Shown piece after piece: positions 8,611 to 20,313 of a stretch of DNA of 64,000 nt. The translations under genes and the position numbers were made by a program. The notes under the pieces are model-generated. The model was not told the DNA's origin, did not search any database, and saw only the letters and a program-made list of their open reading frames with translations. Origin of the DNA: Spirochaetia bacterium (lineage in GTDB: Bacteria; Spirochaetota; Spirochaetia; WTKD01; G963693115); NCBI GenBank assembly GCA_965226065.1, contig OZ245332.1, positions 809,651 to 873,650 on the forward strand. The letters run 5' to 3'. Position 1 is the stretch's first letter. Every line of letters starts with the position of its first letter.

Positions 8611-10743
8611 ATGTTAAAATATAGTATGGATAGTGTATTTCCTCGCTTTATACATTGCATAGGGATAAAAGGAAGTGGACTCGCTGCATTTGCAGTACTA
8701 CTAAAGCAATCCCACCATCACGTAAGTGGTTCAGATAAATCTGATGTATTTTACACTGATGCAGTCTTGCAAAATGCAGGTATTACATGGAACACAGGGT
8801 TTTATCCACAAAATATTCCGAAAGAAACAGAACTTGTCATATATTCCGCAGCATACACGCAAGAAAACAATGAAGAACTTGCCTATGCACAGAAAAATGC
8901 TATTCCTTGCCTTTCATACCCTGAAGCACTGGGTATGTTTTCATGTAATAAACCATCTTGGGCTGTTATAGGCACGCATGGAAAAACAACAACGACAGGG
9001 TTTATCGGCATTTTGTGCAAATCCCAAAACATTTCCGCGTCAGTACTAACCGGAAGTTCACTTCCAGATTTTGAAAACAATGCTGTATTGTATAAAGGTG
9101 ATGATGTGTTTTTTGCAGAAGTATGCGAATATAAAAATCACTTTACACATTTTTCACCAAAGGCTGCGGTGTTCACCAGTGCAGAGTGGGATCATCCTGA
9201 TTACTTTCGCTCGGCAGATGATGTGTATCAACACTTTGCATCATTTCTAAACAAATTACCACAAAATGCACCATTGATAGCATGCGCAGACGATGAAGGA
9301 GTACAAAAAGTCTTACATCAGGCAAGACTAAAACTAGCTTCTCAACAAATGTATTTATACACCCGTGCATCATCACATATTTCGAAAACACTTCAAAACT
9401 TTGACGCACACATTATCCGTATTCACGAGCAAGATTTTACTACTTATGAAGGTAAAAAAGTACAATCATTTACCATAGAAGGATTAAACTCTGACGCGAA
9501 TGCAAACATATGGTATTTGCCCATGCCTTCCGTAGTCTTAATATATAATGCCACCGCTGCAATCATAAGCGTTGTGACATATATGAAAAGTCGTGGCCTT
9601 ACGATAAACTGGCATGCTATGCAAAAAGCATTAGCGCAATGCAAGGGTATTTCTAGACGAAGCGAGGTATTATATCATGATGCCTGCTATACCATTATGG
9701 ATGATTATGCACACCATCCCACAGCCATAAAAAAAACACTTGCAGGCATCGTTGCATTTTATCAACCTAAACGCTTGAGAGTAAATTTTATGCCTCACAC
9801 TCATACAAGAACTGAAAAATTATGGAACGACTTTCTTTCTTGTTTTACCGATGCAGATGAAGTTATCATAAACGATGTGTACGCTTCTGTCAGAGAAGGA
9901 AATATCAGAGAAAAAGATATTAAAGAAAGTACGGAAGAAACAAAAAATAATAATACATCACACACTGCAAAGAATCTCGCACACGCAATAGCAGCAAAAA
10001 ATAGCAAGCTGCACATTCAGTACATGTCAACCGTAGAGCAGACGATACCATACATACGCTCATCCTTACAATGCGGAGATTTATTTCTAAGCATGGGTGC
10101 AGGAGATAATTTTCGCATATCGCATGCAATAGCACAGGAAATAAACCACAAACACAAAATATCCATAGCACGTAGCCCTCTATGCATTGCTATATCTGGA
10201 AAAAGTGGCTGTGGGAACACTTCTATTAGTTCTATGCTTGCAAAGAAACTTTCAATTATGCTTATCAATTATACGTTTCGTTCTGTAGCAAAAGAAAAAA
10301 ACATGTCGTTTGAAGATGTATGTAAAAAGGCTAAAAATGATCCGTGGTGGGATAAATACGTCGATGAAAAACAACGCGCATTGTCAAAAGAACAATCATG
10401 CGTTGTCGGATCGCGTCTTGCAATATGGTTTTTAGAACATGCAAATATCAAAATATATTTACATGCTGATGATCGTGTTCGCGCACACAATATACAACAA
10501 CGCGAAGGCGGTTCATTTGAACAATCTTTAAAAGAAACGACAAAAAGAGATCTAAGCGATGCCGAACGCTACAAAAACTTATACAATATAGACATTTCAG
10601 ACTATAAAAAAGCATGCGACGTTATTGTCGAAACACAAAACAAAGACAAAAATACCATAGTAGAAGAAATACTTCAACATTTATTACAACGAGGATTAAT
10701 CAAAATTTTGAAAAATACATCTCCTTGTAAGTGTAGTAGATAA
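8611..10743 (+). CDS. Mur ligase family protein (MurC/Mpl-like) fused to a C-terminal cytidylate-kinase-like P-loop domain
   Basis: N-terminal Mur ligase catalytic region with the ATP site AVIGTHGKTTTTGFIG and a MurC-like N-terminus IGIKGSGLAAFAVLL. The last ~200 aa carry a second P-loop, ISGKSGCGNTSISSMLAKKL, typical of CMP kinase. Confidence 0.6.
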   Translation: MLKYSMDSVFPRFIHCIGIKGSGLAAFAVLLKQSHHHVSGSDKSDVFYTDAVLQNAGITWNTGFYPQNIPKETELVIYSAAYTQENNEELAYAQKNAIPCLSYPEALGMFSCNKPSWAVIGTHGKTTTTGFIGILCKSQNISASVLTGSSLPDFENNAVLYKGDDVFFAEVCEYKNHFTHFSPKAAVFTSAEWDHPDYFRSADDVYQHFASFLNKLPQNAPLIACADDEGVQKVLHQARLKLASQQMYLYTRASSHISKTLQNFDAHIIRIHEQDFTTYEGKKVQSFTIEGLNSDANANIWYLPMPSVVLIYNATAAIISVVTYMKSRGLTINWHAMQKALAQCKGISRRSEVLYHDACYTIMDDYAHHPTAIKKTLAGIVAFYQPKRLRVNFMPHTHTRTEKLWNDFLSCFTDADEVIINDVYASVREGNIREKDIKESTEETKNNNTSHTAKNLAHAIAAKNSKLHIQYMSTVEQTIPYIRSSLQCGDLFLSMGAGDNFRISHAIAQEINHKHKISIARSPLCIAISGKSGCGNTSISSMLAKKLSIMLINYTFRSVAKEKNMSFEDVCKKAKNDPWWDKYVDEKQRALSKEQSCVVGSRLAIWFLEHANIKIYLHADDRVRAHNIQQREGGSFEQSLKETTKRDLSDAERYKNLYNIDISDYKKACDVIVETQNKDKNTIVEEILQHLLQRGLIKILKNTSPCKCSR

Positions 10744-10748
10744 GTACT

Positions 10749-11747
10749 TTATTCGTCCCAGCTAAGCGTACCACCAACCTGATATTCAGTAACCCGAGTC
10801 TCAAAAAAGTTTTTCTCTTTTGCCAAATCCACAGATTGGCTCATCCATGGAAAAGGGTTTTCTCTGTGATACTGTGCAGGAAGATTGATGCGTTCTAAAC
10901 GTCTATCAGCAATATACTCTACATAATGTGCAAACTGATCTGCATTAATACCAAGTATACCTTCAGGACATGCTTCATACGCGTATTTTTTTTCAAGTTC
11001 AACACCATACTTAATTAAGGTTAATATGTCACTTTGAAATTCATCTGTCCATATTTTAGGATGTTCTTTAACAATGGTGTTAGTAAGATCAGCTCCAAAA
11101 GCTAAATGCAAACTTTCATCACGCATAATGTACTCAAATTGCTCGCCGATACCCACCATCAAATTTTTTCTTTTTAATGCAAGCATCATAGCAAAACCTG
11201 CATAAAAATAAATACCTTCCATAATTATGTAATATCCAATTAAATCATGTACAAACTTTCTTACATTATCTATCCCTTCAGTGGAAAAAGTAGGGTCAGC
11301 TACATTTTTAGTAAGTTCGACAACAAAATCATCTTTTTCTTTTATCGCAGGTACCGTATTATACATGGGGTATATTTCATCGGGATCAAGTCCGAGCGAG
11401 TCACAACAGTAAATAAAACAATCGGTATGTATTGCCTCTTCAAAAGCTTGACGAAGCAGATATTGTCGACACTCTGGATTAGTAACATGGCTGTAAACAG
11501 CGAGTACTATGTTATTTGCAGTAAGCGATTCTGCAGTAGAAAAAAAACCTAAATTCCACAATATAAGACGCCGTTCGGTATCACTTAAAGCATCGATCGA
11601 TTTCCACTGCTCTATATCTTGCTGCATGGGAATTTCTTCAGGAGTCCAGTTATTCGCAACGCCATCTTTATAATGCTCTCGTGCCCAATGATATGTCATA
11701 GGCAATATTTTGTTTGGGTCTGTTTTATTGTTGTTAATAACAGGCAT
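10749..11747 (-). CDS. nrdB: Ribonucleotide reductase class Ia beta subunit
   Basis: Di-iron ligand region MEGIYFYAGF...RDESLHLAFG. Length is 332 aa. It lies directly downstream of nrdA on the same strand. Confidence 0.85.
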   Translation of the reverse strand: MPVINNNKTDPNKILPMTYHWAREHYKDGVANNWTPEEIPMQQDIEQWKSIDALSDTERRLILWNLGFFSTAESLTANNIVLAVYSHVTNPECRQYLLRQAFEEAIHTDCFIYCCDSLGLDPDEIYPMYNTVPAIKEKDDFVVELTKNVADPTFSTEGIDNVRKFVHDLIGYYIIMEGIYFYAGFAMMLALKRKNLMVGIGEQFEYIMRDESLHLAFGADLTNTIVKEHPKIWTDEFQSDILTLIKYGVELEKKYAYEACPEGILGINADQFAHYVEYIADRRLERINLPAQYHRENPFPWMSQSVDLAKEKNFFETRVTEYQVGGTLSWDE

Positions 11748-11788
11748 TATGAATTCTCCTAATTTTATGTATGTAATCTATTGTATAC

Positions 11789-14602
11789 TTATTGGCATGC
11801 TTCACAGTCAGAGCCAAGTTCGCAGGCTTGTCCTACTTCCGTAGCCGGTACTTCTTTGTATTTAATGTTTGCAACAGATGTATCTAAGGTCACCATATCG
11901 TCATTTTGTCTTTTTTTATACTCGCGTTTTTGTGTAAATCCATATTCTTTAGCATTTAAGGTTGACTTTTCTATTTGAGATGCGCCAAGTGAACGTAAAT
12001 AATACGTCGTTTTCAAGCCCATGTTCCACGCTGCAAAATAAATGTCATGAAGTTTCTTACCTGAAACGCCCTTCATAAACACATTGTGTGATTGGCTTTG
12101 ATCTATCCACTTTGCACGTACAGCAGTAAGCCGCACGAGTACTATGGGATCAATTTCAAAAGTTTCTTTATACAAGGACTTGATATCATCGCCAATCTCT
12201 TCTATGTAGTCTATGTTTCCATCGTAATATTTAATACGCTCTAGCATCTTCCTTGACCATAGACCCTGTGCTTTTAAATCTTGCACCAAGTACTTATTGA
12301 TAATCGTAAATTCTCCACTCATGTTAGATTTCACGTATATGTTTTTATAAATTGGTTCTATGCATGGAAAACAACCTGCTACATTAGAAATAGTAGCGGT
12401 GGGAGCTATTGCCATAGTGTTGCTATTACGCATGCCGTGTTCTTGTATAGACTGTCGCACCGGATCCCAGTTCAAGCGCATTTTTCTATTCACCTCTATC
12501 TTTCGTCCACGCTCTTTCTCAAGCAAATCTACCGTATCAAGAGGTAATATGCCTCTATCCCATTTTGAATTTGGAAAAGACTGATATTTACCACGTTCCT
12601 TCGCCAACTCTGAAGAAGCTAAAATAGCATGATACGATATAAACTCCATAGTAGTATCCACAAATTCTGTAGTTCTTGCATCAGCAAAAGGAAATCGTAA
12701 AATAAATAAGGCATCTTGCAAGCCCATAAGTCCAAGCCCTACCGGGCGATGCTTAAAGTTGCTTTCCTTTGCTTCTTTTGTGGGATAGAAATTAATATCA
12801 ATAACATTGTCTAACATGCGCATAGCGGTTTTTATTGTTTGCGACAATAAATACTGATTTAGTCCATCTTCCGTAACATGACGTGCTATGTTAATAGAAC
12901 CAAGGTTACATACTGCTATTTCATCAATATTGTTATTAAGTGTTATTTCCGTACAAAGGTTGCTACTATGTACAACACCTATGTGGTCTTGTGGACTTCG
13001 TATGTTACACGGATCTTTGAATGTCATCCACGGATGTCCTGTTTCAAATAAACGCGTTATCATCTTACGCCATAGCTTTAGTGCTTCAACTTTCTTAAAA
13101 GGATGAATACTTCCCTCATCTGCCATTCGCTCATATTCTTCGTATCGTTTTTCAAATGCACTACCGTACAAGTCATGAAGGTCAGGCACTTGGTCAGGTG
13201 AAAAAAGCGTCCAATTTTTCCCATCATTGACGCGCTTCATAAACAAATCAGGTATCCAGTTCGCCGTATTCATATCATGCGTGCGGCGTCTGTCATCGCC
13301 TGTATTGCGGCGTAAATCCAAAAAGTCTTCTATATCTAGATGCCATGTCTCTAAATAAGCACAGGTAGCACCTCTGCGTTTCCCACTACGGTTAATAGCG
13401 AGTGTCGTATCATTCGCTATTTTCAAAAATGGAATAACGCCCTGACTTTCGACATTGGTACTTTTAATAAGCGCATTCGTAGCTCGTACTGGTGTCCAGT
13501 CGTTACCTATACCACCTGACCATTTTGCCATCTGTGCGTTATCACCGATGCATTTAAAAATATTCTGCAAGTCGTCCGAAATAGTACTGATATAACACGA
13601 GCTTAGTTGCGGATGTACAAGAGCAGAATGAAAAAGCGTAGGAGTTGAAGGAATATAACGAAACGATGATATAAGATCATAAAACTCTTTTGCGCATGCA
13701 TTCTTATCTTTTTCTCTTACAGCAAGTCCCATTGAAACACGCATCCAAAAAGCTTGAGGCGTTTCTATGATTTGTCCCTTATGTTTAATAAAGTACCTAT
13801 CGCACAAGGTACGTAATCCTATAAATGAAAACTCATCATCGCGTGTACAATCTAAATACTTAGCTAATTCTTCAAGATTAAAAGAATTCAATTCATCCGT
13901 AAAAATATTTTCTTGCATTCCAAACTTTAAAGATTTTACAAAGGTTTCCTTATATTTTTTTGTAAGCTCTTCTGAGCTTTTAACACTTTCTGTAATAACT
14001 TCTTTATAGAGCTTTTGACGTAATAATCTTGTAGAAATTTTTTCATAATCGGGGTCTCTTTCCAAAAATGAAATAGTAGACAAGATCATCGCTTCTTCTA
14101 TTTCTTTTGTTTGTATTCCATTAAAAATATTTTTTTCAAGCTCTGTGATAATAGGACCTAAAGGAACCGATTGGGTATTGATATCACTACTCGCGCGTCG
14201 AAGATTGACAAGCATCTTTCCTTGATTAAACGCCACAACATCTCCATTGCGTTTTGTAACTTCAAGGGTATTTATTTTCTTTTGCGTAGCTAAAATGCGC
14301 GAAAGTCTCTCTTCCGCACGTTTTTGCCTGTAAATAATATAACGTTTCGCAATGTGCGGATAGGCGCTTTTCATAAGCACCTGCTCTACCGTATCTTGTA
14401 TTCGCTCTATATGGACAAAATCGCGAGCATTATCGCTTAGTTTCGCTTCAATTTGCTCTATGAAACCTTGTAATTCTTCTTCGGAAATAATCTGATTAGC
14501 AGAATCAAACGCCTTTTTTATAGCGATACTAATTCTTTGTGCATTATATGGGACTTTCTCACCCATTCGTTTTATAACAGTTGTAAGTTCAACTCTGAGC
14601 AA
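11789..14602 (-). CDS. nrdA: Ribonucleotide reductase class Ia alpha subunit with N-terminal ATP-cone
   Basis: 937 aa. ATP-cone N-terminus. C-terminal Cys pair ...SDCEACQ. Overall RNR large-subunit architecture. Confidence 0.9.
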   Translation of the reverse strand: MLRVELTTVIKRMGEKVPYNAQRISIAIKKAFDSANQIISEEELQGFIEQIEAKLSDNARDFVHIERIQDTVEQVLMKSAYPHIAKRYIIYRQKRAEERLSRILATQKKINTLEVTKRNGDVVAFNQGKMLVNLRRASSDINTQSVPLGPIITELEKNIFNGIQTKEIEEAMILSTISFLERDPDYEKISTRLLRQKLYKEVITESVKSSEELTKKYKETFVKSLKFGMQENIFTDELNSFNLEELAKYLDCTRDDEFSFIGLRTLCDRYFIKHKGQIIETPQAFWMRVSMGLAVREKDKNACAKEFYDLISSFRYIPSTPTLFHSALVHPQLSSCYISTISDDLQNIFKCIGDNAQMAKWSGGIGNDWTPVRATNALIKSTNVESQGVIPFLKIANDTTLAINRSGKRRGATCAYLETWHLDIEDFLDLRRNTGDDRRRTHDMNTANWIPDLFMKRVNDGKNWTLFSPDQVPDLHDLYGSAFEKRYEEYERMADEGSIHPFKKVEALKLWRKMITRLFETGHPWMTFKDPCNIRSPQDHIGVVHSSNLCTEITLNNNIDEIAVCNLGSINIARHVTEDGLNQYLLSQTIKTAMRMLDNVIDINFYPTKEAKESNFKHRPVGLGLMGLQDALFILRFPFADARTTEFVDTTMEFISYHAILASSELAKERGKYQSFPNSKWDRGILPLDTVDLLEKERGRKIEVNRKMRLNWDPVRQSIQEHGMRNSNTMAIAPTATISNVAGCFPCIEPIYKNIYVKSNMSGEFTIINKYLVQDLKAQGLWSRKMLERIKYYDGNIDYIEEIGDDIKSLYKETFEIDPIVLVRLTAVRAKWIDQSQSHNVFMKGVSGKKLHDIYFAAWNMGLKTTYYLRSLGASQIEKSTLNAKEYGFTQKREYKKRQNDDMVTLDTSVANIKYKEVPATEVGQACELGSDCEACQ

Positions 14603-14962
14603 AACATCCCTCCCCCAGCTTTATACAAAATTACTCGTAATTTGTTTGTATTCTAAAATTATAAAAACATTGGACAAATTGTACAACAGAACAATTTTTT
14701 AAGAAGTAAAAATTATAAAAACAAGAGTATTAAGATAAGCAAATAAATACTCACTAAAAGATAAAACAACCATGAAAAACATCGAACTTACGCATGAATA
14801 CTCAATACTAAAGGCAAAAACGGCTCTTAAAAGTTAGATCAATACCTATTCTGTGGCAAACTGTAACTTACATTACTTTAATGTAATTTCAGTAGTAAGA
14901 TATGCTCATCCTGCTTTTTTCGCAGTAATGAACTAAGTAAGCTATTTACAAACTCGCCATAA

Positions 14963-17014
14963 TCAATGAAGAGATTTTTTTCTGCCGCGCAAGAGTTTCA
15001 AAAATGCCTGATAATCTAGGAGTTCAGTACCATATTCTTTCGCTTTTTTGCTTTTTACAGAAAGTGCTTGTACATCTTCGGTAACTAAATATCGTAAGTC
15101 TTTTGTAACTGATGTTTTTACATCGCCCCCTGCATTACGTACCATGCTATGCGCTTCTTTACGCGATATAGTTTTGCCTTCGTGTATTAAAGTGCCCGTA
15201 AAACAAAATGACATACCTTGAAGTAAAGTTGATTCTTTTTCACTGCGTTTGAAAATATGTACAAATTGTAATACATCTTCAAGCTCTTCGCGTAAGCGAT
15301 GCACCGTATCAAAGATAGTACGCGCGATAATAGGACCGATGCCATCTATTGTAGCAAGTACATCTTCTTCTGTAGCTAACAGCGAATTCCAATTTTTTAT
15401 GCCCGCTGCGACAAGTTTTTCTCCTGTTAGCATAGCAACATTTTCAAGCCCTATGGATGCAAGAAATTTTTCAAATGGTATTGTCGTATTTTTGCGAAGC
15501 GATGTATAAAGTTTTTTCGCAAGCGGTTCGCCTATCCTTTCTAAAGATGCAAGATCTTTTTCAGAAAGCCGATATATATCTCCAAGTTTACCTATGAGTT
15601 TTTCTTCAAGTACAAGTCTGCGTAAAAGCAATTGTCCCCAATGATCTATTTCATTTACTGCAATCCATCTCTCTACACGAAAAAGAAGTCGCCTTGCACA
15701 GGCGAGGTTTGGACAATAAACTCGAGTGCCTTCGTTGATAAGCTCTGTCTTGCATGTGTTGCAATACGAAGGTATGGCTATTACCTTCGTATCATCGGGA
15801 GTATAGATAAGCTTTTCAATTTTTGGGATTATTTCCCCACGCTTTGATATCATTACATGAGATCCAAGACGAAGCTGTAAATCTTCTATGTGCTGCGGAT
15901 GTACAAGGTTTGCACGTTTAACTATTGTGCCTGCAATTCGCACAGGTTCAAGCACAGCTATGGGCGTATGTAAATGCCCTGACTCACTCCATAACACATC
16001 GCGCAACACAGTAACCGCATGCTCCAACGGAAACTTAAATGCTATTTGTCCTTTCGGACGCGTAAGAAGCATGTCATCTTTATCGGCATAAGATATTTTT
16101 ACTACAAGGCCATCTATGTCGTACGCAAGTTTCTCTCGAGTTTCTGTCATCGCATTTCTGTGCTCGCAGACTTCCGTATCACTCTTGCATAGGTGATATG
16201 GAACAACTAAAAACTCGCAAATCTGCAAAAAGCGTAACTTTTCTTCTTCAGAAAATCTATAATTTTCGCGTACATTTTTTACAGATTTATCAACTTCATC
16301 TATTGTGTTTTTTTTCTGCGATACATCATCACGCAAAAACTGAAAAACCATTTTAGAAGCCTCTTCATCGTAAAGCCATATGTCATAACATCGCACGCAT
16401 AAATGCTGAACGCCTACTCCATCTTTTTTTTTCATAAGCCCATTTGCTGCGTTACGACAATTCGCCTTATTGCGAAAATATTTTTTATGTACCGCATGCG
16501 TCATAATAACCTCGCCGCGTACCGCACAAGTAATGGGCACAGCGAGTTCAATTGGCACGCCTTGCATTTTACGCGCATTTATGAAAATATTATCACCTAC
16601 AATACCATTGCCACGTGTAACTGCCGCATGTAAAATGCCGTCTCTATACTGTAATTCCAAACTCGCACCATCGAGTTTGTGTTGGACTATGTATTCCTCT
16701 GCATCGTTACTCTTTGCCCACATATAAAATTCTGTTTCATTTGCAGCTTTTTCCAAGCTACCCATTGGCATAATGTGCGCCATTTTAGGAAAAAAACCAT
16801 CATCAGATCCAAGCTTCGTAAGTACAGAATGATTAGGATCAAGTTCGCGCAGTCTGTCCCACAATGCATCAAATTCGCCATCGCTTATGGCAGGAGTTTT
16901 GTTGTAGTACAAATCTTGATGATGCACTATTTGCTGCGCAAGAGACGCAATAAGTTTTGTTTGAGCTTCTTTTTCGCTGTTTCGCTTTGAAGAAGACATC
17001 TTTATCTTAGACAT
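14963..17014 (-). CDS. ligA: NAD-dependent DNA ligase
   Basis: Adenylation motif KLDGAS, Zn-finger cysteines and C-terminal BRCT. Length is 683 aa. Confidence 0.9.
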   Translation of the reverse strand: MSKIKMSSSKRNSEKEAQTKLIASLAQQIVHHQDLYYNKTPAISDGEFDALWDRLRELDPNHSVLTKLGSDDGFFPKMAHIMPMGSLEKAANETEFYMWAKSNDAEEYIVQHKLDGASLELQYRDGILHAAVTRGNGIVGDNIFINARKMQGVPIELAVPITCAVRGEVIMTHAVHKKYFRNKANCRNAANGLMKKKDGVGVQHLCVRCYDIWLYDEEASKMVFQFLRDDVSQKKNTIDEVDKSVKNVRENYRFSEEEKLRFLQICEFLVVPYHLCKSDTEVCEHRNAMTETREKLAYDIDGLVVKISYADKDDMLLTRPKGQIAFKFPLEHAVTVLRDVLWSESGHLHTPIAVLEPVRIAGTIVKRANLVHPQHIEDLQLRLGSHVMISKRGEIIPKIEKLIYTPDDTKVIAIPSYCNTCKTELINEGTRVYCPNLACARRLLFRVERWIAVNEIDHWGQLLLRRLVLEEKLIGKLGDIYRLSEKDLASLERIGEPLAKKLYTSLRKNTTIPFEKFLASIGLENVAMLTGEKLVAAGIKNWNSLLATEEDVLATIDGIGPIIARTIFDTVHRLREELEDVLQFVHIFKRSEKESTLLQGMSFCFTGTLIHEGKTISRKEAHSMVRNAGGDVKTSVTKDLRYLVTEDVQALSVKSKKAKEYGTELLDYQAFLKLLRGRKKSLH

Positions 17015-17037
17015 AACTTACAGGTAAGACAAATGAA

Positions 17038-17982
17038 TCATTGACTTGCGTAGAGCGGATGAAGTTTCTGTCGTATATGTTCATAATCAAGACCCGCATG
17101 ATAGCTAGAACGCACTAAGGGCGCAGCCTCGCAATGTATAAATCCTCGTTCAAGTGCTTTTCCTTTTAATGAGTCGAACTCTTCAGGGCTGACGTAGCGC
17201 TTTACTGGTAGGTGTTGTTTCGTCGGCTGAAGGTACTGTCCCATGTTCACAATACTCACATGGTTTGCGCGTAGATCATCTAATGTCTGCAAAATTTCTG
17301 TTTGCTCTTCTCCAAGCCCAAGCATAATACTAGATTTTACCGGTATTTCTGGTGCGTATTCATAAGACATCCTCAGCACATCCAAAGACCGTTTGTAATC
17401 AGAGCGCGAACGCACTAAGGGCGTAAGTCTGCGTACTGTCTCAATGTTATGACTCATCACCGCAGGTTTGGAATCTAAGACAGTATGAATGGCTTTTTCA
17501 CTACCCATAAAGTCGGATGTCAAAAGCTCCACCGTGCATGATGGAATGGCGTTTCGTATCGCATGCACAGTCGCTGCTACTACCGCAGAGCCTCCATCAG
17601 TAAGTTCGTCTCTATTTACCATCGTAATTACTACATGAGAAAGCTTAAGTTCTGCGACTGAGTCGGCAACCCTCTGTGGCTCTTTGATGTCAAGTATTTT
17701 TGGCAAGCCTGTCTTCACCGCACAAAAGCGACAACGCCTCGTGCAAGTATCTCCTAATATCATAAAAGTAGCAGTTTTATGCTGCGCCCAACATTCATGA
17801 ATATTAGGACAACGTGCCTCTTCGCACACCGTTGCAAGCCGCTTTTCGCGTACCAAGGACTTTATGAATTTAAAGTTCTCATTGGTATTATGCGCTATCT
17901 TAAGCCATGGTGGTTTTCGCATGTTTCCACGAGACAATGTTTTATACTCAGTAGTTTTTGTTAAATGTATATTTTCTTCCAT
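17038..17982 (-). CDS. lipA: Lipoyl synthase (radical SAM)
   Basis: N-terminal cluster [12 protein letters not shown] plus the radical-SAM motif CTRRCRFC. Confidence 0.9.
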   Translation of the reverse strand: MEENIHLTKTTEYKTLSRGNMRKPPWLKIAHNTNENFKFIKSLVREKRLATVCEEARCPNIHECWAQHKTATFMILGDTCTRRCRFCAVKTGLPKILDIKEPQRVADSVAELKLSHVVITMVNRDELTDGGSAVVAATVHAIRNAIPSCTVELLTSDFMGSEKAIHTVLDSKPAVMSHNIETVRRLTPLVRSRSDYKRSLDVLRMSYEYAPEIPVKSSIMLGLGEEQTEILQTLDDLRANHVSIVNMGQYLQPTKQHLPVKRYVSPEEFDSLKGKALERGFIHCEAAPLVRSSYHAGLDYEHIRQKLHPLYASQ

Positions 17983-18018
17983 TGCAGTAAACGAGTGTAG
18001 CTATTACGTATAGCTATA

Positions 18019-19092
18019 ATGGTATCATACATGTCATACGAAAAATTAAAGCTAAAAATAGAAAAAGAACTTTCACGAATGCCCGAAATAGAAAAGGCAA
18101 TGTCCGACCCCGAGCTTCCTAAAAGACATGCAGATTATAAACACGTCATGCAAGAACACAGCAAATTAAGCAAACTCACTGAATGCAAAAAGACGTATGA
18201 AAACATGCTCAACGCTATAAACGAAGCACAGGGAATGAAAGAATCAGAAGATGCAGAAATGGCATCTCTTGCAGAAGAAGAAATAGCAGAACTAAAACCA
18301 AAACTTGAAAAACTACTTACACAACTGAAAGAACTTATTATTCCTACAGATAAGCTAGATAGTAAAAACATCATCATGGAAATACGTGCAGGTACGGGAG
18401 GGGATGAGGCAGCGCTTTTTGTTGCCGATTTATTCCGAATGTATACACGCTTTGCAGAAACACAAAACTGGTCGGTAAACATACTCGACTCAAACCAAAC
18501 AGGTATAGGTGGCTACAAGGAAATTGTGTGTTCTATAAGCGGCTCATCATACGGCGTACTGAAATACGAAAGTGGAACGCATCGTGTGCAGCGCATTCCT
18601 ACAACTGAAAGCGGTGGTAGAATACACACATCTGCTGTTACTGTTGCCGTACTTCCCGAAGCTGAAGAAACCGAAATTGAAATTGCCCCCGATGAAATTA
18701 GAATAGATGTTTTTCGTTCTTCGGGCCCGGGTGGACAAAGCGTCAATACCACAGATTCTGCGGTAAGAATAACTCATGTACCAACGGGACTTATCGTATC
18801 ATGTCAAGACGAAAAAAGCCAACACAAAAATCGCGCAAAAGCATTACGCGTCTTACGCGCGCGCCTTGTGGCACTTGAAGAAGAACGTAAGAATGCAGAA
18901 ATATCTAAAACTAGAAAAACACAAATAGGTAGCGGAGATAGAAGCGAACGCATACGCACATATAATTTTCCGCAAAATAGAGTTACCGACCATAGAGTAA
19001 ATATAACCTTGTATCAACTCGATAGAATTATGGAAGGCGATGTTTCAAATCTTATAAGCACCGTAAGAATAGGCATGAGTAATATAGAATAA
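18019..19092 (+). CDS. prfA: Peptide chain release factor 1
   Basis: GGQ motif [23 protein letters not shown]. Length is 357 aa. Confidence 0.95.
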   Translation: MVSYMSYEKLKLKIEKELSRMPEIEKAMSDPELPKRHADYKHVMQEHSKLSKLTECKKTYENMLNAINEAQGMKESEDAEMASLAEEEIAELKPKLEKLLTQLKELIIPTDKLDSKNIIMEIRAGTGGDEAALFVADLFRMYTRFAETQNWSVNILDSNQTGIGGYKEIVCSISGSSYGVLKYESGTHRVQRIPTTESGGRIHTSAVTVAVLPEAEETEIEIAPDEIRIDVFRSSGPGGQSVNTTDSAVRITHVPTGLIVSCQDEKSQHKNRAKALRVLRARLVALEEERKNAEISKTRKTQIGSGDRSERIRTYNFPQNRVTDHRVNITLYQLDRIMEGDVSNLISTVRIGMSNIE

Positions 19093-19172
19093 CAGTATCT
19101 CTTATCATTCTCATGTGCATATATATAAAAATATGTGTTTTATTAATAAAGTTATAAGGCTATACTATAAGT

Positions 19173-20105
19173 GTGAGCGAACATACAAATACACCTGAGA
19201 TTTTGTATGAAACAATAGAAACAATTGCAAAGTATCATGAAAATTCAAAAAACTTTTTAGTCATTAATGGATATATCTCAAATTTTCTATTTATGAGATT
19301 ATACGATGAATTAAAAAATATACAAGATGTAGGAAAAAAACAAGATGTTTACGTAATTATTAATTCCTTTGGAGGTACACCTGAAGGAGCGTATAAAATT
19401 ATAAAGCAAATAAGACAATCATTTGATAAGGTTTTAGGAATTATACCACTATGTGCAAATAGTGCTGCAACATTGATAAGCCTAGGATTTGATAAGATTT
19501 ATTTTTCAAGGCTAGGAGAGATGAGCCCTCTGGATATGCAAATATTAAAAAAATCCGAAGGTGATAAACCCGTTCATCGATCAGCATTAGATCATACTTC
19601 AGCTATAACAGAAATATTAAAGCTTGCTTTTGATACCTATAACATTCATTATAAGAGTCTTCCTGACTTAAAAGAAGTTGATAAAATAAAACTAGCTTCA
19701 GACTATTCCAGTAAAATGGTTGAAGCATTGTTAAACCAAGTAAACCCTTTAGAATTAGGAAATGTTGCAAGATCTAACAAAGTAGCTTTAGATTATGGAA
19801 AGAGAATATTAATAAGATATAAAAAATGGAAAGAAGAAGACGCTGAAAAATTTATGCAAAACGTAATACATTATTACCCGTCTCATTCTAGTATTATTGA
19901 TGAAGAAGAGCTAAAAAAGCTTAAGTTTTCAGATGTAGAAACAATTGATTATCGCGATGTAAATTTTGATATATTTCCTAGAATGTTATATTATGAAGAT
20001 GATTTTGTAAAATATTATTCTATAAAGCCTAGTGCTAAAGAAACAAATAAAAAAGCTAACACGGCTATAAAAAATGCCGATGAAAAGAAACAACGAGGAG
20101 ATTAA
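19173..20105 (+). CDS. ClpP/crotonase-fold serine protease of the SDH (serine dehydrogenase proteinase) family, putative
   Basis: The region VYVIINSFGGTPEGAYKI...IIPLCANSAATLISLGFDKIYFSRLGEMSPLDMQ matches the SDH/S49-type pattern. The gene is AT-rich and inserted between prfA and prmC. Confidence 0.45.
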   Translation: MSEHTNTPEILYETIETIAKYHENSKNFLVINGYISNFLFMRLYDELKNIQDVGKKQDVYVIINSFGGTPEGAYKIIKQIRQSFDKVLGIIPLCANSAATLISLGFDKIYFSRLGEMSPLDMQILKKSEGDKPVHRSALDHTSAITEILKLAFDTYNIHYKSLPDLKEVDKIKLASDYSSKMVEALLNQVNPLELGNVARSNKVALDYGKRILIRYKKWKEEDAEKFMQNVIHYYPSHSSIIDEEELKKLKFSDVETIDYRDVNFDIFPRMLYYEDDFVKYYSIKPSAKETNKKANTAIKNADEKKQRGD

Positions 20106-20313
20106 CGACATGTCAACTATACATGATTATTTATTGGATAAACCCACAAAAAGTGCGGATAACAATGCATCAAGTAATAGCACATCTTCACTCGTGCCAA
20201 CGCTTAAAGATTATGAATATTTATCTGACAGTAAAAATATAAACAATAAGCGAACAATAGATTACACCGAAGGCATAAGAAATCGTAGAAATATTCAACA
20301 CTCTCACAATTAG
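20074..20313 (+). CDS. small N/S-rich hypothetical protein (79 aa), doubtful
   Basis: Low-complexity ORF that overlaps the end of the preceding gene. Confidence 0.2.
   Translation: MPMKRNNEEINDMSTIHDYLLDKPTKSADNNASSNSTSSLVPTLKDYEYLSDSKNINNKRTIDYTEGIRNRRNIQHSHN

Noticed and set aside
9801-10490. Several 70-83-aa minus-strand ORFs inside the Mur-ligase gene, and similar short antisense ORFs inside nrdA, ligA, purL and groEL
   Set aside because: Each is nested antisense within a strongly supported long CDS. Typical shadow ORFs.
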